A stretch of DNA of 64,000 nucleotides, from NCBI GenBank assembly GCA_964016885.1, contig OZ024746.1, forward strand, positions 6,634,001-6,698,000, written 5' to 3'. Source of the DNA: Eledone cirrhosa. Lineage: Eukaryota. The notes beneath the pieces are model-generated. The model saw nothing but the letters and a program-made list of their open reading frames with translations, did no database searches and was not told where the DNA came from. Made by a program: the position numbers and the translations under genes. Positions 13,065 to 26,896 of the stretch are shown here, piece after piece (position 1 is the first letter of the stretch; each line of letters opens with the position of its first letter).

Positions 13065-13475
13065 TAAAATAATTAAGTCAAATATGTAAAATTTGGCTTC
13101 GTTTATTATAAATTCTAGATATACTGCTATATATATTTCGGTGACAGTCATCATTGGCTGTGACCTCTTCAGGCAGTCCAAATTGGTGTGGGAAAGACAG
13201 GTACACTTGTTTTTGAAGTGTGTTTTACTCCGTCAATACATCGATATGTCCAGCTCCTGGTTGTGTTGTTATTCCTCTGAGGAACTGGACTGCCTAAAGC
13301 GATCACAGCCAATGATGGCTGTCACCGAAATATATATATCAGTATATCTATAATTTATAATAAACGAAACCAAATTTTACATATTTTACTTAATTATTTT
13401 ACATTACTCCGGAGTAAACAAACCAACCTGCGTACTTCGTCGAGTGTTCCAATCTGCATACTGAGGTGTCGGTAA
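13057..13475. mobile_element. Fold-back HHR element (arms ~13057-13190 / 13278-13395) between (TA)n tracts
   Basis: Inverted arms. A further plus-strand copy lies at ~16485-16680. Confidence 0.8.
13123..13177 (-). ncRNA. Type I hammerhead ribozyme
   Basis: ACTGC-CTGAAGA-GGTCACAGCCAATGATGACTGTCACC-GAAATATATATA-GCAGT with perfect stem I. The opposite arm has a mutated core (CTAAAGC). Confidence 0.8.
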
Positions 13476-13482
13476 ACAACAA

Positions 13483-13604
<122 letters not shown>

Positions 13605-14189
13605 CGAAGGAAATGTGGTAAGGAACCAGGTGGACCATAAGGCACCAAAGTACTCAATACTTAGGGTAGTAGAGTGGGTAATAGAATTGAGCTCAGCCGT
13701 CGGGGTCTTACTTGTTCCTATATATATATATATATATAGGCAAAATAATGAATGAAAGAGTTACAAGCCGTTAAATCATATCTTTATAAAGCTCTTACAC
13801 ATGTTTCGCCCAATGGAGCTCGTCTGAGACAGATGTTAAGACAAAGTTTTAATTATATACCCTATTCGAGTAAAATGATAATTTTACATCACAGTACATA
13901 TTAAATATATGTGGTTAAGTATAAAACACGGTGGGAAAAGATTAGTATGCTAAGGGAGGTAATTACCGATGCTAGTATAACGTCTCTTCTCTAACTAATG
14001 ACCTCTACCAGGTATGTAAAAAGTTTTATTTTATTATTTAAAAGGAATTAACATAAGTAGGGTTAGTCAACTCAGTGTAAATGAGGCCGTGTTAAGGTGT
14101 GAGTATGAATAATTAGTAAAGTCGTTAAAGACCACACACAGGTTTAACTAGTGCAATGGGGCACGTTAGGTGCGAATCTGTAGTGAGGT

Positions 14190-14708
14190 TTCCTTCATGT
14201 CTTTCTTAATGTTATTGTTCCTACTTAAGGTCGACTTCTAAATCATTTGGGTGTTCCATAAACTACATCCTCGTTTTGTTTCACATCTATCTAGACTATA
14301 TCTCTCAGATGTCTTTAACCCATTGATACCAAATATTATTTGGTCAGTAGTTCGTGAGTAAGTATATAAATATATTTATATGCATGTGTGTCTGTGACTA
14401 TATATACATCTTTGCATGCATGAATACACTAAACTTTAGAATGTACAACCATTGATTCCAGCTATTCGCACTATCGTATATTTTGGTTTCTAGTAATTCC
14501 CTGGGGAACAGGTTGACCAAATGCTTTGCTTAAATATTTTATTCATTTATTAAATAATTTTATTCTTTTTCTTAGATTTCAGGTATTTTTTGAAAGCAAA
14601 GCATTGGCCCCTAAAATAGTACAGTGGGCCCTGCCATGCTACTGTGGGCTCTTGCAATGCTACGTGCTTGCCTTTGGGCAACCTGGCAACCTGGCCAGCC
14701 CGCCACTG
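14190..14708 (+). repeat. Second copy of the right end of the 15160-16361 element
   Basis: Aligns with ~15795-16361 and ends CCGCCACTG-TA. Confidence 0.8.
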
Positions 14709-14907
14709 TATGTATATATATATAACAAACAAAGTGTGGTAAGCCACCAGGTGAACCATAACGCACCAGAGTACTCTATATTTAGAGTAATAGAGTGGGT
14801 AATAGGAAAAGAGTCAGGATCCCTACGGCTGAGCTCGGCGCGTCGACAACTAGATCCGAACTTATATATAAGAAAGTAAAGTTTTCTTAAATGTCCTACA
14901 CGGGTAA

Positions 14908-15152
14908 AAATATAAGAAAATGAAATTGAAAATGCAACTGCAGTCTTTTAAGAATATTTATTTACTTTACCGGTTTCACAGTTCTTATGGTTAACAAAAA
15001 TAAAATTGAGATGGAGGGTTTGTGTATCTCACAACAGAAATAAACACTCCATCTCAATTTTACTTTTTATAATCGTAAGAACTGTGAAACCGGTAAAGTA
15101 TATAGATATTCTTAAAAGACTGCAATTGCATTTTCATATTCTTTTTCTTATA
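14908..15152. repeat. Fold-back inverted repeat, related to 22737-22960
   Basis: Arms ~14908-15025 and 15040-15152. Contains GAAACCGGTA, the 3' half of an HHR. Confidence 0.8.
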
Positions 15153-15159
15153 TATATAT

Positions 15160-16361
15160 AGTGGCGGACTAGGTCTAAAAATATTGGTTGCCAAGAGATG
15201 AAGGGGGCCCACCTACATATAGAATGCTATCATTTAATTTTCATAATGAATAAATAACATTTTCGAAAAATACATAAGTGGAAACAAAACAGTGCAATCA
15301 AATTTTTGCGGGAAAATATCTTACCTTCTCAAATAAAAAATATTACGTATTTTGCGAAATCCAGAGACTTTCAATCACAACCAGAAGTCGACCCTAAATA
15401 TGACTAATAGTTCTAGGAAAGCCACGAAAGACACCACTTCTGTTTAATTTTGATTTTGAAAGTAGGTTCATAATTATTAATTCCCATGATACTCTTGTAG
15501 TTGTCTCGGTGGCCTATTTGGAGGAATCATAGACGGTGGTAATCCTGGTATGAATTTCGGTCCGGGTCGGGCGTAGGTTCCCAGTAAATCTTTTCAGTTT
15601 TTTTTCTATGGGTTGTAAAATAAAAACTGAAAAATGTTACATGTACCTCTCGACAAGGATTGAACCCAAGGCTACGATATCCAACGTCTCTAGTACCTAC
15701 CACTAGGCCACAGAGACAACTACGAATACATTATGGAAATTCATACTTATAAACCTACTTTCAAAATTTTCAAAACAAAGTGTTGTGGTGTCGTTCATGT
15801 TTTTCTTAATGTTATTGCTCCTACTTAAGGTCGACTTCTAAATCATTTGGGTGTTACGTAAACTACATCCTCGTTTTGTTTCACATCTATCTAGACTATA
15901 TTTTAACCTGTAATGCATGTTTCATTTCTGTTGCACCTCATTTCTCCTCTTTCGCTCTCTCTCTCCCTCCTTCTCTCTCTCTCTCAGATGTCTTTAACCC
16001 ATTGATACCAAATATTATTTGGTCAGTAGTTCGTGTGTAAGTATATAAATATATATATATGCGTGTGTGTCTGTGACTATATATACAGGTTTCCATGCAA
16101 GAATTAATACACTAATCTTTAGAATGTACAACCACTGATTCCAGCTATTTTTACTCTAGTATATTTTGGTTTCTAGTAATTCCCTGGGGAATTGTTTTAT
16201 TTATTTTTCAAAATATTTTATTCTTTCTCTTAGATTTCATGTATTTTTTGAAAGCATTGGCTCCTAAAATACTACAGTGGCCCCTGCAATGCTGCTGTGG
16301 GCTCGTGCAATGCTACCTACTTGCCTTTGGGCAACCTGGCAACCTGGTCAATCCGGCACTG
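15160..16361. mobile_element. Non-autonomous DNA transposon/MITE-like element
   Basis: Ends (C)AGTGGCGGA.../...TCCGGCACTG in a TA context, with an internal inverted repeat ~15385-15515 / 15700-15840. Confidence 0.55.
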
Positions 16362-16487
16362 TATATATATATATGATTCCAGTTCCTCAGTGAAATAACA
16401 ACCCAACCAGGAACTGGGCATATCAGAGTATTGACAATATTATACACCTCAACAACATATGTACTTGTGTCTACCACACTAATTCGG

Positions 16488-16542
16488 ACTGTCTGAAGAG
16501 GTCACAGCCAAAGATGGCTGTCACTGAAATGTATATAGCAGT
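16488..16542 (+). ncRNA. Type I hammerhead ribozyme
   Basis: ACTGT-CTGAAGA-GGTCACAGCCAAAGATGGCTGTCACT-GAAATGTATATA-GCAGT. Confidence 0.75.
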
Positions 16543-17598
16543 AATAAACGAAGCTAAATTTTAAACATTTGACTTTTTATTTAACTTTATTTTACATTAC
16601 TCCGGAGTAGCCAAACCAACCTGCGCACTTCGTCGAGTGTTCCAGCCTGAATACTGAGGTGTTGGTATACAACCAACATATACTCAAAATCTATATACAT
16701 ATATATATGTAACTTCTCTGTTTTTTAGCCTAAGAAAATATATTTATGCCTATGTATATAATTACATGCATACATTTATTTTTTAAAATTAATTGAGTTC
16801 TTTACACGAGGAATTGATATTAGTTTTGAAATAACTAATTAACCCGCGTGTGTTTTATATTTTACTCTTAATTCGGCCGGAGATTTACATTCCCATTTGC
16901 CCTTCTAAGCATAACTTTCCGTATTTACTACGGTTACGAGATGCGGTTTCTTTTTCAGGTACAACCTCTGATTTTAGCCTAAGAAAATATCTATATGCGT
17001 GTGTAATTTATACACGCATATATTTATTTTCAATTGAGTTCTTAACACGTTGGATTGATAATGTTTTCGAATAAACTGATTAACCCGCGTGTATATTATT
17101 TTTTTTCCTCCTTTCGTGGATCGTAGTTGTCTCCCCTTCCCGCTTAGTGACGCTATAACACTTCCTCAGTCAAAAACTGCTGGAATTTCAAATTTGCCGG
17201 TCATTCGATGCGGGAAAGAGCAACTTAACGGACATGATTTTTAACCGTGGTAAGAAATGTTTTACTTATATCAAGGTTTAATGGGCATCCACTGATGATT
17301 TATGAGCGCCCACCTAAATATATTCTTACATGAATATATGTTAGGCTTCTACATAAACTGGAAATATTCTCCGAATTTGTAGAAAACTTATAATGAAACA
17401 ATTGTTTGGAAAGAGAGATATATTTTAACTTTATTTATATCTCATAAAATAATACAACTGGCTTTTCCACATAATACATATTGTTAGCACCCCAAACACT
17501 TAAATTGGGTTTATATTAAAATATAACCTAATGTTTGTTGAGTGAGATGGTTACCAGTCAGAGATTAGCTTTAAACTAGCTCTGTTATTGTATAAATA

Positions 17599-17649
<51 letters not shown>

Positions 17650-17828
17650 GTGTGTACGTGTGCATAGTTACATTTATATATCAACTGTGCTAGGGCGAGA
17701 AAAGAAATTCTAGATCTAACTAGGAAACAGTTCTAGTCCTGTAGGAGCCATTTCTATATTAAATATTTATACTCTGCTATGTATTGAGTACCTTACTTAC
17801 TGTGTTTACCCCCGATTGAACCCGGGAT

Positions 17829-17906
<78 letters not shown>

Positions 17907-18014
17907 GTATGGGTTATATCGAACATTAATAATAATGTTTGATTGTTTGTAAACAAACGGTCCGATCTGAAGCCGTGCCGTGTCGTTGTCCGATCGTTAC
18001 AAACGAATCGAACA

Positions 18015-18140
18015 TTATTCTGAGTTCAAATCCCGCCGAGGTTAACTTTGCCTTTCATCCTTACGGGGTCGATAAAATAAAGTACCAGTAATGCACTGAG
18101 TAATTGCTGGCCTTTTGCCAAAAGTAAAAACAATTATTAA
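18015..18140 (+). mobile_element. tRNA-derived SINE fragment
   Basis: GAGTTCAAATCCC B-box followed by GCCTTTCATCCTTACGGGGTCGATAAAATAAAGTACCAGT. Also at ~37112-37215 (-), 57705-57795 and 59180-59300. Confidence 0.75.
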
Positions 18141-18202
18141 TGTTCGATATAACCCATACGTACATATGTATATGCATATATGTGTGTGTATATATAGATG
18201 TG

Positions 18203-18296
<94 letters not shown>

Positions 18297-18552
18297 TGCG
18301 TGTGTGTGTGTATACGTGTGCACACTTACATATATATATATATACAATTTGTCATTGTGAATGTCAATACGTATCTCTTGAAATATGGAGTAATCAGTAG
18401 AGAGCACGTGACCAGTATTATAACTGCTGAATATGACGTTATCTACAGGGTAGTGTAATCAGAGGAATACGATAAATGTTGTTTTGTCTGAGATCAACCC
18501 GATAATGAACAGCAATCATGCCGTGCCCATACTGGCTTCATTGGACTCCAGA

Positions 18553-18778
18553 GGGCGCTAGATTGGCAGTAATCGGTAGAGCGTCGGATAACATGTTTTG
18601 CGGCATAGAGTTGCGTCTCTTTATGTTCTGAGTTCAAATCCTCTCGAGGTTAGCTTTGACTTTCATCCTTACGGGATCGATAAACTAAAATAGCAGTAAT
18701 GTACTGAGGTCAATTTAATTGACTTGCCCCTCCCCCCTAAAAATTGGTGCCTTGTGCTTAAATCAAAAACCATTATTT
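18553..18778 (+). mobile_element. tRNA-derived SINE, near full length
   Basis: A-box-like TGGCAGTAATCGG, B-box GAGTTCAAATCC, and body shared with the other copies. Confidence 0.75.
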
Positions 18779-19126
18779 GGATTACATGATCTAATTACAT
18801 GATCTAATGTGTGCTTCCATATTATGAGATGTTTTAGGTGCAAATTGAGGAGGATTTAGCTGATATATCTAGTAGGTCGATCGACTATGTTGAAGCTTCC
18901 TAATGAGCTTATTATATTTAATATAGATTTGTAACTTAGCCCCACCTGTTCTGAAACACAATTTAAACCTTAGAGGATTACGTGATTAATGTTCTCCGTA
19001 TTTTATTTACATAAATCAATTTTGAAATCAGGAAAACAAACGAACTAGCAACATTTCAATCTCATTATTCTGACAACCGACGCCCTAAGACAAGCTATTG
19101 AATATATTCGTTAAAATAACGATATT

Positions 19127-19271
<145 letters not shown>

Positions 19272-19880
19272 TAAGCGCCGAAACTATGATCTCGCTTTAC
19301 AGCTGATGAAGGATTTCTTCTCTTGTTTCGTCCATATTATTATCTTAAACTTTGTTTATAGTAACCACACAGCTCATTTCGTTTCTTATAATTTTGTGTA
19401 TATATATATATCCAAAGTTAAATTAAGGGAGTCATGTCCGAGACATGCGCCATATCCACGGTAGAATAAGCTCAAAGATTCCAATGAATAGATCCGAGTA
19501 TTTTATATCAACTAATGAAATATATACAAGTAAGATTAATCATTTTAAAAGGTATCTATATTTGAAGTTCTAGTTAAACTTTAATTAGTTACCTACCTAG
19601 CTGTGTGTGCTTACACACTTTACAAATTATCCCCTGTGATTGTTTCATGTGTTTATTTTAGATAATCAATTTCTAGTTGATATATATATATATAGACGTA
19701 TGTGGTTGACGACTGAGAGAAAGGAGTACTCAATACCGAAGTAGAGGTAGAGTTTTAATATTCAATATTATTATTGTTAGCACGACTCATTTTTCAACCT
19801 TACAATATTGAATATATATATATATATATATATATAACGAAGTGTGGTAAGGAACCAGGTGGGCCATACTACTACCCTAT

Positions 19881-19959
<79 letters not shown>

Positions 19960-19962
<3 letters not shown>

Positions 19963-20598
19963 AGCTAACCTCAGTCTCCTCTGTGTCACTTTTGAGCTGA
20001 CTTTTGGGATGCTCCCATTCAGCTCTGAGTTTTTCATCCTCAGTGTATACTGATTAATGTTCAGAGCCATCCTCAGCATTCTCGTGTAGCACCCATCCAC
20101 CATCTGAGTGAGTTTCTTGGTCAGTGTCCAAGTCTCTCAGACCCATACAGCAGCACAGACTCTACTACAGCAATGAAGAGGCGGATTTTCAGGTCTCTAC
20201 GAAGGTCCGACTTCCACACCGATCTCAAGCTGTGGCACGCCGCCCAGGCTTTGCTCTTCCTCTCAACCACATCATCTTCCGTATTCCCAATCTCTGCTCC
20301 CAAATACAGGAAGTCCTCAACCAATTCTAGCGGCTTCCCGCCTACATTAGTGATCCCCTCTGGCTTCTCAACATTCTCTACCAGATATTTTGTTGACATT
20401 GCACTCAGTGCTCCTTTGGGAGCCCCTACATGGACACACTAGAAGAGGAAGACCAAGGTTAACGTATGTTGATGCCCTAAGGACAGACACTGGTCTGTTG
20501 GAGACGCAGGACATGGCAGCGATAATGAGGGACAGAGACCGCTGGAGAGAACTGGTCCATGGATCTCGGGAATTTTACCCGCCTTAGATAGATAGATA
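19960..20598. mobile_element. RTE-clade LINE 3' fragment with 5' inversion
   Basis: Minus part 20390-19960 reads FLYLGAEI...IRLFIAVVESVLLYGSE...YTRMLRMALNI...RRLRLAG. Plus part from ~20390 reads VLLWEPLHGHTRRGRPRLTYVD...WRELV and ends in a (TAGA)n tail. Confidence 0.85.
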
Positions 20599-20602
20599 TA
20601 TA

Positions 20603-20770
20603 TACGAGGACAGGCTGATTAGTTCATAGGCTGACTATGAAGGAGTGATGCTACAGATGTGAATTTTTTTTTTTTTTTGATTACTGCATTGTTTATTTCT
20701 GGGGACTATGTTAAAAAATAAACTTCATTTGGTCATTCCATGAGAGTATTTTGGTCAGCCTATAAACCTT
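20603..20770. mobile_element. Mariner-type MITE remnant
   Basis: TA-CGAGG terminus and internal inverted segment TTCATAGGCTGAC / GTCAGCCTATAAA. Confidence 0.45.
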
Positions 20771-21418
20771 ATTTTATCGGCCCAGAAAGTACCAGAAAGA
20801 TGACCGCTGCAGTACGTGATTCCGGAACAAATACTGCATATTTTTTCCAACACAAATCTGCCAATTCATAAAATATATATTCTAACTTTGCCATACCAAT
20901 TTTGAGCCGATAAAAACAATTATTAGGTAAATAACTGCCAAAATTCTGGAGGTGTCTATATTTTTTAATTAATCAATTATATGAAATTCGTGATTAAAAA
21001 TTAAATAACATTTCCTTTACTAATTTCTAACATGCATGACAGGGGAATATGTTTTAATTAATTCTGTAAAAAACATATAATTTGGAATATCGAAAAGGAA
21101 TATTAAATCAAGAATAATTGACAACTAAATCCTTAATAAGGAAAAATTGATAATATATATATACATATATATACATATATATATGTGTATATATATATAT
21201 ATATATGTGTGTGTGTAATATATATACATGTAATATAAATATATATATATATATGTATGTGTAAAGTTATATTTAAAATTGTTGGGTTACAACTAGTAAA
21301 TATTTATAACTGATATAAAAGCACTCGACAAATATTTGGAGTATATAAATATAAATATAAATATAGTTTTCCATTTATTTAATATTGTATATATATATGT
21401 ATATATATATGTATATAT

Positions 21419-21523
<105 letters not shown>

Positions 21524-21528
21524 CATAC

Positions 21529-21593
<65 letters not shown>

Positions 21594-21661
21594 CATATAT
21601 ATATATATGTATATATATACATGTATATATGTATATATATGTATATATATGTATATATATG

Positions 21662-21714
<53 letters not shown>

Positions 21715-21715
21715 G

Positions 21716-21803
<88 letters not shown>

Positions 21804-22591
21804 CATATATATATACATATATATATATATACATACAAAATCTTTTAACCTCACATAGATACTGTTATTGTTGCACAGGGCTACAGATGACACTTTTTTA
21901 ATTTATGCAGTGTTGTGCATGAATATTCATGATTTAATTAATTACACTATAGACAAAGGCTGATAATATAAATTATATTGGGAATTTTAGTTAAGTCATA
22001 GTTTGAGCTCCATGTAAACAGTGTTTCCCTATAGGTGTCTACTTTCTACGTGGACAGAATGATAAGGTTTCTTCTCATGAACGACCAAGCGGTCTCTTAT
22101 GGGGTTTTTCTTCTTCCTATATATGAGGAGAATAGTAATCTGTTTCATATTTAAAGTCTTACAACGATGTGATGGTAAAACATTAAGAACTCCTCCTCAA
22201 CGTAGTCGCTCTATCTGCTAGAAGTAGCAGCCAAAGTTCCCTCATATTCTACACTAATGTCTTAAAAACAAGAACAACGAATGAAATAATGTAATCGTTT
22301 ACCTAGAAAAGAGAAGTGTATTTGAACATTCATTGATCTGCTGTGTAATGTTGGGCTTGATGCTAACTAAAATAGACTTTTCTTCCTCGGTAGTATCAAC
22401 AATAACATTTCTAATCTTCCCACTAGGCTAACAAGTCTCCCAGAACAAACAGTAATATGTGTGTATATGTGTTTCTATAAGTCATATATATATATGAAAA
22501 GGTTCACGAGCCCGACGGCAGAACTCAAGCCGTTTCGACGGCTATTTCTGGACTAAATAGGTCCACCTGGTTCCTTACCACACTTCCTTCG

Positions 22592-22960
<369 letters not shown>

Positions 22961-23041
22961 CTTTTTTTCTTTATACTTTCGCTCGTGTAGGACACCTCGC
23001 TTATTTTTCATTTTGTAAAAAAAACAAATAAAAAACCTCAC

Positions 23042-23074
<33 letters not shown>

Positions 23075-23079
<5 letters not shown>

Positions 23080-24064
23080 CGTTTCTGATTTTGTTTAGCA
23101 AGATTCTTTATCTGAAAACGTGTGTTGAAACCGATATTGTTATACTTTGGGAGGGTGATGTTGCCAATAAGAAACACACGCACCAGTTGCTTTCACTTCA
23201 ATTTATTATAAATAAAATTTATAAATTTAGGAATTTATAAATTTCCGGTTGGTTGGTTGGTTCCACAGCCAGACGATTGTTCATATATTGTCAAAGTTCT
23301 TTCGTCACACATTCTGTGACCTCTTCAGTGACTGGGGATTCTTTTCTTTGTTTTTGTGCTTCTCCTTTGTTCTGTCCTACGCCATCTTGTTTTGTGTGTG
23401 TTGTGTGCTTAGTTTGCGCATGTGTTACATCGGGGTGTCTGTGTGTGTTTATATTTGTTTATTTATTTGTTTATTTACATGTTACTGGTTGGTTGTTTGT
23501 TCTATGTGTGTGTGTGTTTTAATTTTGTCCTTAATTGTATGTTGTGATGTTGCTGTTCCATTCATGTTTTCTATTTAATTTTGGTTGGAGTTCATTTATG
23601 TTTATTGCCTCTGTGAATTGTCTGAACATTGCGTCTTTTCTGTGTGTAGATTCTATTTTTATTTCTATGTTCTCTAATTTACCCTTATGTTCTATTTTAG
23701 CATGTTGGTGGAGTACAGATGATGCTTTACTATCTTGAAGCTCTCGCCAGTGTTCATTTATCCGTTCCCCTATACTACGAGCTGTCTCACCTATGTACAC
23801 TATATTCTTAATCTCTACATTGTCCTTCAGTACATCTTATGCTATATACTACATTTCTAGTTGCACAGTTAATATGAGGCTTAATTTACAGATTATACAT
23901 GTCTTATCTATACAGGGAGGTCTTTGAAAAGGGTATGTATTGCTAATAAGTATTTTTATGGAGGTACCTGGTCTTTCTACTATCTTAATATTGAGTTTAT
24001 GTTCATCTAGGGTCCTTCTAAACTTGTAAGCTAATTCACCTCTAGGGGTTGTATCGATGAACAT
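23075..24064 (-). mobile_element. PLE family A, longest copy (linker + GIY-YIG + 3' terminal repeat with HHR 23290-23332)
   Basis: IKIVERPGTSIK...CIDKTCIICK...YIGETARSIGERINEH...RQFTEAINI...PKLNRKHEW. A short inverted terminal repeat follows at 24069-24145. Confidence 0.9.
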
Positions 24065-24284
24065 TACATTTATAATAAATTAAAGTGAAAGCAACTGGTG
24101 CGTGTGTTTCTTATTAGCAACATGACCCTCCCAAAGTATAACAATATATATATATATATATAAAAAAATCATAAAACAAATGTTTTCCAAATAACAATAT
24201 TACGGATATTAAAAAACGGAAAATGAAGAGAAAATGAAGGGCTCTAAGGTCACAGAAGGGGAGGGGGAGGGGGAGGGGCCTAGG

Positions 24285-24400
24285 GTGCGGTGGTTTTGGG
24301 GCTGTTCCCGTGGACAAGACCACAAAGACATTTCCGTGGACAATTGCCAGTGATACCCACTGCAATAGCCACTCCATCTCGGGAGGCTCCTTCCTCAGAC
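24285..24400 (-). mobile_element. CRE-like endonuclease C-terminal fragment
   Basis: EMEWLLQWVSLAIVHGNVFVVLSTG, homologous to the 12342-12635 peptide. Confidence 0.65.
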
Positions 24401-25255
24401 GGGTTGCTCAGAGGGTGACTTTGGACATCCTGCAGGACTAAAAACAAAACCTGTCAAAGGGCAAAGGAGCTCTTAAGAGTCAATGGCCATCCAAAATCAC
24501 CGGGAGAGATGACCCCTTAGCCTTTGTCAAGGCAGAATTCTAGGAGAAGGAAAACTCTGATATAACACCTGCAACCCTGATGGTATCCAATGATGTTGAC
24601 TTGTTCTTCTTTTTGGTAAATATCATCTTGGTTAAGAGAGTGGGACTGGCTTTGTGCAGTGCCTTTGCTCACTATAAAAGCTTCACGGCACAGGCATTGC
24701 TTTATATCTGGAGATCTCTCTGCACTTATCATCACATGGTACCATGGGCCCAGCACTATGTGTCAATAATTGTCACAAGTGTAGTGTTTGTACCAGAGTT
24801 TTCAAGTCGCTGGCTGGACTAAAAAGTCACACTCGTTCAGCGCATCGGTAGGGGTTCTCCTACATGGATATAAAGTAGTGGCCGTACTCGAAAACGAGTT
24901 GGCAGCCACCATGTGTGTATGTATGTATGTATGTGTGTATGTGTGTATGTGTGTATGTATGTCTGTATGTATGTGTGTATGTCTGTATGTTGTGTGTATA
25001 TATGTGTGTATGTCTGTATGTATGTGTGTATGTATGTGTGTATGTATGTATGTGTGTATGTATGTATCTATGTGTGTGTGTATGTATGTGTGTATGTTTA
25101 TGTGTATGTGTGTATGTGATAAATGCAATATTAATTCTTACCTTAATGATACCTTCACCTGATTCAATGATTTTCTGCAATAAAAGAAAAGAAATATTTC
25201 AAAATTTTTCAAAGACTATCTTAAACTTTCGTCAAAATCTGAAACGAGAAGGTTT

Positions 25256-25900
25256 TCTTCTTCTTCTTCTTCTTCTTCTTCTTCTTCTTCTTCTTCTTCT
25301 TCTTCTTCTTCTTCTTCTTCTCACTTATTCATGAGGGGGTTGTGGGGTCCCCAAACACTCCTTACAGCAGGTCCTGTCAGTAACAACTGTCTCCAACTGA
25401 ACCTGCTGATCCCCAACAAAGACCAGCCAAGCACGTGGATGTAATCCAACCATCATGCTCGGGGTCTATCCATGGGTCTAATGCGGGTTGGTTTTGCCCC
25501 TAATATCTGTCCAGTGATTATTTCATCAGACATTCTAACCACATGACCATATCTGTGGTCTCTCAATTCGGAAAAGTAGCAGCTCTACATGGAGTCACTC
25601 TCTGGAGTAATGTCACTCTATCGAGTAACTTTACTCCAAAAGAAAATCAGTGCTGCGAAAACTGAGACACTCAGCATCTCAATGAAGCCTGCTCAGTGCA
25701 CTCTAATAGTGAGTGGAGTCCACTGATGACGGTAGAGAAGATGAAGTATCTCGGGGCCTTGTTCACAGGTGATGGAAGGTAGGAGGCTGAATTAAGAGCA
25801 AGATACGGTAAACAGATGAATCTTGGGTAATGACCGAATACAAGCAGCAGAAATGGGGTTCCTCTGAAGCGTCTTTGAAGTAACGTTACTCGATAAAGTG
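25256..25900. mobile_element. RTE-like LINE fragments with a (GAA)n tail
   Basis: (CTT)n at 25256-25321 next to a minus-strand 3' end. Plus-strand KYLGALFTGDG and RIQAAEMGFL remnants. Confidence 0.6.
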
Positions 25901-26494
25901 GAACCTTAAAGAAGAACCTTTAAAAGATAAATATACAAACGAAAGACCAGGGTCAGAACTCCAGGGTCATCGACCGTTGTGGTGGACTTTGGCAGTTTCG
26001 ACCCCAACCAACAGTACTGCTAGTACACCCCAGGGCCACAGTGTCTGACACAAGACAAACGCTGTCCAGTGGAGTATGAGACGAAAGACAAAACTTAATG
26101 TGCTTGTGTGTATGTGTGTGTGTGTATGTGTGTGTGTGTATTAGTGTGTGGGTCTGTGCGTGTCTCTGTGTGTCTGTATGTGTCTGTGTGTGTCTGTGTG
26201 TGTGTGTGTGTGTAAGTTCCATACAAACCACTGTTTATAACTTTATAGGTAAACAGGTAACAATAAATGTGGAAATTCACAGAAGTATATTTATAGAATC
26301 TCTTTTTCTTTACTCAGACAAAACATGTTTCTATATTTGACTAGATTTAGGTCACACCAAAATAATCTTTCCAAATAATAATTTATTTACTTTAACAAAT
26401 TGAGTCCGTTCACATATTCTATGAACTGTTAGATATATGTCTACCTTACCGATCCTCTCTCTCTCTCTCTCTTTCTCTATCTATATCTATATCT

Positions 26495-26535
<41 letters not shown>

Positions 26536-26543
26536 TCTCTCTC

Positions 26544-26633
<90 letters not shown>

Positions 26634-26762
26634 TAGATATATGTGTGTGCGTATACATATATATATCCGCAATAGATACCAATATATTTCTACATCTATA
26701 TCTATATATACATATATAAATTTACTGGTGATAAACAGAAACATGGACACACATGTACATAC

Positions 26763-26896
<134 letters not shown>

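Noticed and set aside
15640-15712. tRNA gene (also considered for the SINE heads)
   Set aside because: Only degenerate A/B-box-like motifs inside repeats, with no complete cloverleaf.
23249-23578. Recurrent MVGWFH...RHTFCDLFSDWG ORF as a multicopy membrane-protein family
   Set aside because: It is the antisense reading of the PLE family A 3' UTR and HHR. Frames and lengths vary between copies.
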